Source of the DNA: Cyclobacteriaceae bacterium
GTDB lineage: Bacteria > Bacteroidota > Bacteroidia > Cytophagales > Cyclobacteriaceae
Length of the DNA stretch: 64,000 nucleotides
Direction of reading: 5' to 3'
Assembly: GCA_036273935.1 (NCBI GenBank)
Contig: DASUGQ010000118.1
Location: 4,474 to 68,473 of the forward strand
A program made the position numbers and the translations under genes. Positions 59,013-64,000 of this stretch are shown here, in pieces (positions within the stretch are counted from its first letter, which is position 1; each line of letters begins with the position of its first letter). The notes beneath the pieces were generated by a model. The model was not told the DNA's origin. It saw only the letters and a list, made by a program, of their open reading frames with translations, and made no database searches.

Positions 59013-59489
59013 CTATTTATTGAGAAACGCTGAGTACATCCAAACTAATTTCTCTTGCGCAAGAATATAGTCGCTCATCAAGGTTTGTGTTCCTTCATCA
59101 CCGGCTTCTGCTGATAGCGAAAGAATTTCACGTTGAATAGATAAGACCACGTGGAGCGAATTCAGAATGTTAGACACGGAATCAATTCCGTCGCTTACCT
59201 GTTTGGTCTCCCTAATCTTTGAAAGGCGAATGTAGTCTGTGAATCTGTGATATGGAGCATAGCCTAACGTTAGAATCCTTTCCGCTATCTCGTCTATTTT
59301 CAGCAGCAGGTCGTTGTATAATTCTTCAAATTTGCCATGAAGTTCAAAGAATTTTTCTCCCCTGATATTCCAATGCGAACCTCTTGTATTCTGATAGAAA
59401 ACAGAATAGTTTGCCAATAGTTCATTGAGTTTGTCCGCCAATTGAATGGTCTTGGTGCTGTTAAGTCCGATTGTGTTTACTGCTGTCAT
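59013..59489 (-). CDS. dps: Dps-family DNA-protecting ferritin-like protein
   Basis: It has 'LNELLANYSVFYQNTRGSHWNIRGEKFFELHGKFEELY' and 'DEIAERI'. The preferred start is 'MTAVN' at 59489; the track start is 59603. Confidence 0.9.
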   Translation of the reverse strand: MTAVNTIGLNSTKTIQLADKLNELLANYSVFYQNTRGSHWNIRGEKFFELHGKFEELYNDLLLKIDEIAERILTLGYAPYHRFTDYIRLSKIRETKQVSDGIDSVSNILNSLHVVLSIQREILSLSAEAGDEGTQTLMSDYILAQEKLVWMYSAFLNK

Positions 59490-59529
59490 GTTATTACTTT
59501 CGATTAGCTTTGTGTGTTGATAGGTAGGC

Positions 59530-59545
59530 TGCATTATCCGTGCCA
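59530..59545 (-). promoter_or_regulatory. Sigma-54 (-24/-12) promoter upstream of dps(-osmC)
   Basis: The minus strand reads cTGGCACGgataATGCAg. It is about 40 nt upstream of the dps ATG, the same geometry as the 53177 site. Confidence 0.65.
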
Positions 59546-59709
59546 GATAACCTTGTGATTTAAGCCCAACAAAAGAACCTTTTATTAAATTAAGATGGTT
59601 CAATAATCCCCGGCGAGTAAAATCTCCCCAGCATGTTTAAAAAATGTATGACTCGGTAAGATTTTATCTTCCGCTCTTTGTACCTTTGAATGTTTCAAGT
59701 GCTTAATGA

Positions 59710-60819
59710 ATGGCTAGTGCTCATATAAAACTCAAGGAAAGGGTCAAGGAGTTGAGGTGTCTTTACGACCTTTCGAAAATTGCGCTGACGGCCGGCACGG
59801 ATGTAAGCATGTTTTTGAATAAGACACTTTCGATACTTCCTAATGCAATGCAGTATCCTGACCGGGCGGAAGTCAGTATTTCAGAAGGTAAGATGAATTA
59901 TGCAACAAAGGGGTTCGATAAATGTAAACACTACATCTCATCTCGGATTGGCATTGGTAACAAAAAATACGGTACGCTAAGAGTCGGATACAGGGCTTCT
60001 TCAAAGAAGTCAGTCGCTAACGATTCATTTCTGACGGAAGAAAGGAAGTTGATCAAAGTGGTGGCGAGAGAGTTGTCGCTATTTATAAAACGGACGAGGG
60101 TGGAAGAAAATAACAAAAAATTGGAAATGCAACTCCGACATTCTGAGCGACTTGCTTTTGTGGGTGAATTGTCGGCGGGTATAGCACATGAGTTGAATGA
60201 ACCATTAGGCAGAATTCTCGGGTTTGCTCAGCTGGTCAAGAAGAATGGAGGTTTAAGTGAGCAGCAGGATAGTGATATGGATAGAATTGTCAAGGCATCT
60301 CTTTACACAAGGGAAATTATTAAGAAATTAATGATTTTCTCGAGGCAGATGCCCAGGCAGATTAATCCCGTAGACCTCAACGTCATTGTCTCGAACGCTT
60401 TGTATTTTATTGACGTGCGTTATCAAAGCCGTGGTATTGAAATAGTTGAAAACCTTGACAAAAAATTGCCTGTGATCGAGGCAGATTCAGTACAAATCAG
60501 CCAGGTGCTGGTCAATCTTATGACAAATGCAATACACTCGATGCCTAAAGGAGGGACGATAACAGTGACTACGAGGCGTAAGAGTGGAGGTGTTAGCCTG
60601 ATTGTAAGTGATACCGGGAGCGGAATGACGAGTGAAGTCAGCAAGAAAATTTTTGAGCCATTTTATACCACTAAACCCGTTGGTCAGGGAACTGGTTTGG
60701 GGCTTTCCGTCGTGGTCGGAATCGTAGAAGAACACAAGGGAAAGATACTGGTTAGCAGCGTCCCCGGAAAAGGATCAAAATTTGAAATTGTATTGCCGTT
60801 GAGGCAAACGAGGAAGTGA
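59710..60819 (+). CDS. Cytoplasmic sensor histidine kinase (GAF-like N-terminal region, HisKA, HATPase_c)
   Basis: It has the H-box 'SAGIAHELNEPL', N-box 'NLMTNAIHS', G1 'DTGSGM' and G2 'GTGLGLS'. There is no transmembrane segment. Confidence 0.85.
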   Translation: MASAHIKLKERVKELRCLYDLSKIALTAGTDVSMFLNKTLSILPNAMQYPDRAEVSISEGKMNYATKGFDKCKHYISSRIGIGNKKYGTLRVGYRASSKKSVANDSFLTEERKLIKVVARELSLFIKRTRVEENNKKLEMQLRHSERLAFVGELSAGIAHELNEPLGRILGFAQLVKKNGGLSEQQDSDMDRIVKASLYTREIIKKLMIFSRQMPRQINPVDLNVIVSNALYFIDVRYQSRGIEIVENLDKKLPVIEADSVQISQVLVNLMTNAIHSMPKGGTITVTTRRKSGGVSLIVSDTGSGMTSEVSKKIFEPFYTTKPVGQGTGLGLSVVVGIVEEHKGKILVSSVPGKGSKFEIVLPLRQTRK

Positions 60820-60820
60820 T

Positions 60821-62173
60821 ATGAAGAATACGAATATCAACGTATTAGTGGTTGATGATTCGCCGGAAAGTGTAGAACTCATCAGACGGAATCTTCAACC
60901 CAAAGGCTATCAAATATTCACAGCCAGCAATGTACAATCGGCTACCAAGCTTTTGGCGACTGTGCCTGTTGATCTGTTGATAACGGATTTGCAAATGCCG
61001 GGGGAGAACGGAATCCAATTAGTCCGCCATGCTTCGGAAAATTATAAAGGGATCGGAATCCTGGTCATAACAGGATTTCCCTCCATACAAGGTGCGGTGG
61101 AATCGATTAAGATTGGTGCCGAAGAATACCTGGTGAAAACATTTACTGATGAAGAGCTATTTGCAGCTGTGGAGAGGGTTCTCGGCAAAACGAAAAGAGG
61201 TAAGATCGGGCCGGTCACGCTCCCCGCACAGAATTTTGGCATCATCGGAGATTCCGATGGTATGAAGAAAGTTTTCAATATCATTCAAAAAGCAAAGTCG
61301 ACAAATGCCACCGTGTTGATATATGGCGAAAGTGGAACAGGAAAGGAATTGGTAGCAAGGGCCCTGCATTATGGTGGGACAATTTCAGCCGCACCCTTTG
61401 TTCCTGTTAATTGTGGAGGGATCCCTGACTCCCTGTTGGAGAGTGAATTATTTGGCTACGTCAAGGGTGCCTTTACTGGGGCTACAGAAACACGTGCAGG
61501 GTTTTTCCAGACGGCTGATGGTGGAACGATATTCCTGGACGAAATCAGTAATACAAGTCTGGCTATGCAGGCGAAACTTTTGCGCGTGCTGCAAGAGAAA
61601 GAGTTCTACATGGTGGGTTCAAAAAGAACCCATAAAGTGAATGTACGTGTTGTTGCTGCCACCAATGTTGATCTCATGCGATTGGTGAAGAAGGGACTGT
61701 TCCGCGAAGACTTATATTATCGATTGAATATCATAACGATAGATTTGCCGCCGCTTAGGGAAAGAGCTGATGACATATTCCAATTAATTGACTTCTTCCT
61801 CGCCAAACATGTTAAAGAACTAGGCAAACCTTCCATGAAGTTTACCACCAAGGCTATCCAGGCGTTGAAAGAATATGGATGGCCTGGCAACGTCAGGGAA
61901 CTCCAAAACCTCATTCATAGACTGGTCATTATGTCGGAGGACAGTACTATCGATGTACCCGACCTCCCGGAGTCGTTTCGCTTTTCGGTCAGGCGGACAA
62001 AAAGACTTGATCGGAAACTTGAAGATGTCGAACGCGAATACATTCAAGAAGCATTAGCCGCGAACCAGAATAATATATCGCAAACGGCAATTAGTTTGGG
62101 AATCGACAGGAAGACCCTTCGCGAAAAGCTCAAAAAATATAACTCAAAGGCCGGAGAGAAAAGTACCACCTGA
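60821..62173 (+). CDS. Sigma-54-dependent response regulator (NtrC family: REC, AAA+, Fis-type HTH)
   Basis: It has 'VLVVDDSPE...DLLITDLQMPG', Walker A 'GESGTGKE', the sigma-54 contact loop 'GAFTGA', and the C-terminal HTH 'NISQTAISLGIDRKTLREKLKK'. Confidence 0.9.
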   Translation: MKNTNINVLVVDDSPESVELIRRNLQPKGYQIFTASNVQSATKLLATVPVDLLITDLQMPGENGIQLVRHASENYKGIGILVITGFPSIQGAVESIKIGAEEYLVKTFTDEELFAAVERVLGKTKRGKIGPVTLPAQNFGIIGDSDGMKKVFNIIQKAKSTNATVLIYGESGTGKELVARALHYGGTISAAPFVPVNCGGIPDSLLESELFGYVKGAFTGATETRAGFFQTADGGTIFLDEISNTSLAMQAKLLRVLQEKEFYMVGSKRTHKVNVRVVAATNVDLMRLVKKGLFREDLYYRLNIITIDLPPLRERADDIFQLIDFFLAKHVKELGKPSMKFTTKAIQALKEYGWPGNVRELQNLIHRLVIMSEDSTIDVPDLPESFRFSVRRTKRLDRKLEDVEREYIQEALAANQNNISQTAISLGIDRKTLREKLKKYNSKAGEKSTT

Positions 62174-62429
62174 ACAGTTTCTCGCCATACACGCGACCCC
62201 CCTCGTCGCTAACGAAACCCCTTTCAATGATTATTGATGGTATGCATTTTGGATTGAGTGCATAACATGTGGTATCCAAAGTCATGAAGTTCAAAACACC
62301 ACATGGAGGAATTAATATGAGAAACCTTTTGAGAAACCGTAAAGAAGAATATACAATGGTCCATGCCGAGAATTTGTAACCTTTTCATTTGTCGATCCTC
62401 TAAATAGTACAACTATTAAACTAAAAAAC

Positions 62430-62969
62430 ATGAAAACGAAAACCAGCCTTTCATTAACAGCAATTGTTTGTTTCGTAATGTTCGCCTTCGATTCAGTGTC
62501 GCAGCAAGGCCCTGCGCTATCGGATCCAGAGGTAGCACATGTAGCCGTCACAGCCAACCAAATCGACATTGATTTTGCAGAAATCGCAAAAAACAAATCG
62601 CGTAACGCGGACGTTCTAAAATTTGCCGAGACAATGTCTAATGATCACAATGCAGTGATCGCGCAGGCAGTCGACTTGGCAAAGAAATTGGGTGTAACAC
62701 CCGTTGATAATGAGGTAAGCAAACAATTATTGACCGATGCGGAAAAAACTAAAAAGAAGTTACGCGGAACTCCAAATAAGGATTTCGACAAAGTGTATAT
62801 CGATAATGAAGTTACTTATCACAAAGCCGTGATTTCAGCGGTCGAGGGACTTCTCATTCCAGAGACGGAAAACTCGGAACTTAAGGAACTCCTCCAAAAC
62901 GTCGTTCCAGCATTGAGGGCTCACCTGGAACACGCTGAGATGGTTCAAAAAATATTTGCAGACAAATAA
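62430..62969 (+). CDS. DUF4142-family (ferritin-like) secreted protein
   Basis: It has a signal peptide and two helical repeats, 'VAVTANQIDIDFAEIAKNKS...VLKFAETMSNDHN' and 'FDKVYIDNEVTYHKAVI'. Confidence 0.65.
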   Translation: MKTKTSLSLTAIVCFVMFAFDSVSQQGPALSDPEVAHVAVTANQIDIDFAEIAKNKSRNADVLKFAETMSNDHNAVIAQAVDLAKKLGVTPVDNEVSKQLLTDAEKTKKKLRGTPNKDFDKVYIDNEVTYHKAVISAVEGLLIPETENSELKELLQNVVPALRAHLEHAEMVQKIFADK

Positions 62970-62982
62970 TCGTTGGTAAGTG

Positions 62983-63417
62983 ATGTTGACAGCGAGATAT
63001 TCCGTGTTTGTGCTGGTTGCATGCATATTCATCAGTGGTTGCAATTCCTCGACTAATAAGGAGTCGCAATTAGGCGACGCTGATGATTACCCTGATCTTG
63101 CCAAGGAAGAGCATGCCATGACCCCAGCAGAAAACGGTAATTCAGATTTAGCCCTGAGGAACACTGTTACTTTTCATACAATAGAAATTAGACAGATGAA
63201 GTTTCAACCAGATGAGCTTCGACTTCATAAAGGAGACACGGTACTTTGGATAAACAAGGATATTACAGACCATGATGTAACGGAGGAAACTAACAAAACG
63301 TGGACCTCTTCAAGGTTATCCACTGGTAAGTCATGGAGCAAGGTCATAACAGAAAGTGCTGATTATTTTTGTTCCCTCCATGTGGTGATGAAGGGCAAGC
63401 TTATAGTAACAGAGTAA
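62983..63417 (+). CDS. Cupredoxin (plastocyanin/azurin-like) copper-binding lipoprotein
   Basis: It has the lipobox 'IFISGC'. The type 1 copper ligand pattern is 'CSLHVVMKG' (C-x2-H-x2-M) with an upstream His in 'ITDHDV'. Confidence 0.7.
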   Translation: MLTARYSVFVLVACIFISGCNSSTNKESQLGDADDYPDLAKEEHAMTPAENGNSDLALRNTVTFHTIEIRQMKFQPDELRLHKGDTVLWINKDITDHDVTEETNKTWTSSRLSTGKSWSKVITESADYFCSLHVVMKGKLIVTE

Positions 63418-63475
63418 AATCCACAAGGTATCCGTGACTTCGCCTTTTATTTAACATCTAAAGAAATGGTATATA

Positions 63476-64000
63476 ATGAATCAGCATAGCGCGCAAATCC
63501 CCCTTCGACCATTTGTTTTGATCTGGTTGATTACGATATTATTATTGGTGGTACTCAGTTTCCTGGTAGCGATACATTTACTTGCTCAGTTTTGGCTATT
63601 TGTCCCTTTGCTGCTCTTGTCACTTGTTGTTATCGATACACTCCAAAACAAAAGTTCACTTCGAAGAAACTATCCACTCGTCGGCAGGCTACGGTATTTG
63701 TTCGAATCCATCCGTCCCGAACTGAGGCAGTATTTCTTTGAAGGTGAACTCGATGGCAGACCCTTTAATAGGCGTCAGCGCTCAATAGTGTATCAGCGTG
63801 CGAAGGACGTGAAACAGACGATATCGTTTGGTATGCAGGACGATCCTAACCGGATCGGCTATGAATGGGCGGCTCACACGGTGTACCCAAAAAAAGCAGA
63901 TCCCAGTACGTTCAGAGTTCTGATTGGCAACCGCCAGTGCACTCATCCCTATAATTGCAGCATCGTCAGTATCGGAGCCATGAGCTTTGGTGCGATGAGC
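63476..64000 (+). CDS. FMN-binding glutamate-synthase-family protein (GltB domain 2-like), N-terminal part, cut by the window end
   Basis: Hand translation gives 'MNQHSAQIPLRPF...LRRNYPLVGRLRYLFESIRPELRQYFFEGELDGRPFNRRQRSIVYQRAK...IGAMSFGAMS'. The frame is open to position 64000. It is not in the supplied track. Confidence 0.75.
   Translation, partial: MNQHSAQIPLRPFVLIWLITILLLVVLSFLVAIHLLAQFWLFVPLLLLSLVVIDTLQNKSSLRRNYPLVGRLRYLFESIRPELRQYFFEGELDGRPFNRRQRSIVYQRAKDVKQTISFGMQDDPNRIGYEWAAHTVYPKKADPSTFRVLIGNRQCTHPYNCSIVSIGAMSFGAMS

Noticed and set aside
62283-62300. TGGTATGCATTTTGGA upstream of the DUF4142 gene as a sigma-54 promoter
   Set aside because: The -12 position reads GG instead of the near-invariant GC, and the -24 box is TGGTAT. 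It is too weak to call without data.
1-64000. CRISPR arrays, rRNA or tRNA genes, and transposase/IS elements
   Set aside because: Reading the intergenic regions, I saw no regularly spaced short repeats, no rRNA- or tRNA-like sequences and no transposase ORFs. This was done by eye only, so small elements could have been missed.

Overview
This is a Bacteroidota-type chromosomal segment. The evidence is a SusC/SusD pair, T9SS C-terminal sorting domains, a BACON domain, many FtsX-type permeases and a Bacteroidota-style tyrosine integrase. It falls into three zones.

(1) 1-16.2 kb is a polysaccharide utilisation locus (PUL). A divergent beta-propeller sensor/regulator is cut by the window edge. 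It is followed by a cytoplasmic GH130 phosphorylase, an MFS importer, SusC/SusD, a LamG lipoprotein, two paralogous uncharacterised glycan-enzyme-like proteins (one with a T9SS sorting domain) and a Gfo/Idh/MocA oxidoreductase.

(2) About 16.2-36.8 kb is an accessory or mobile zone. It contains:
- degraded mobile-element genes and an FtsX 3' remnant
- a duplicated, decaying HigB-like/XRE toxin-antitoxin module
- an FG-GAP T9SS protein
- a roughly 12.8 kb module bracketed by an imperfect 41-nt direct repeat, ending at a tyrosine integrase

The repeat-bracketed module carries a SWIM zinc-finger protein with a 984-aa helical partner of unknown function, a BACON lipoprotein, a leaderless DNase I-like EEP nuclease, a three-gene phospholipid-synthesis cassette and an AbiEi/AbiEii system.

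(3) 36.8-64 kb looks core-like. It holds an FtsX permease, a GH33 sialidase with a decayed epimerase remnant, a Crp/Fnr regulator with small redox genes, a CopB-type ATPase and an ECF sigma factor. It also holds a minus-strand stress/dormancy cluster (dps, osmC, two rnk-like genes, hpf, a phosphoribosyltransferase, acnA, a membrane-anchored deaminase). Two near-consensus sigma-54 promoters precede units of this cluster, and a histidine kinase plus NtrC-family activator lie next to it.

Two long ORFs cut by the window edges are missing from the supplied track: 1-1878 on the minus strand and 63476-64000 on the plus strand. I saw no rRNA, tRNA or CRISPR array. Several genes are broken by one-base shortfalls in short homopolymers, which suggests assembly indels rather than real pseudogenes.

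The best candidates for something undescribed are the SWIM plus 984-aa pair inside the repeat-bounded module and the sigma-54/motif-linked stress regulon.
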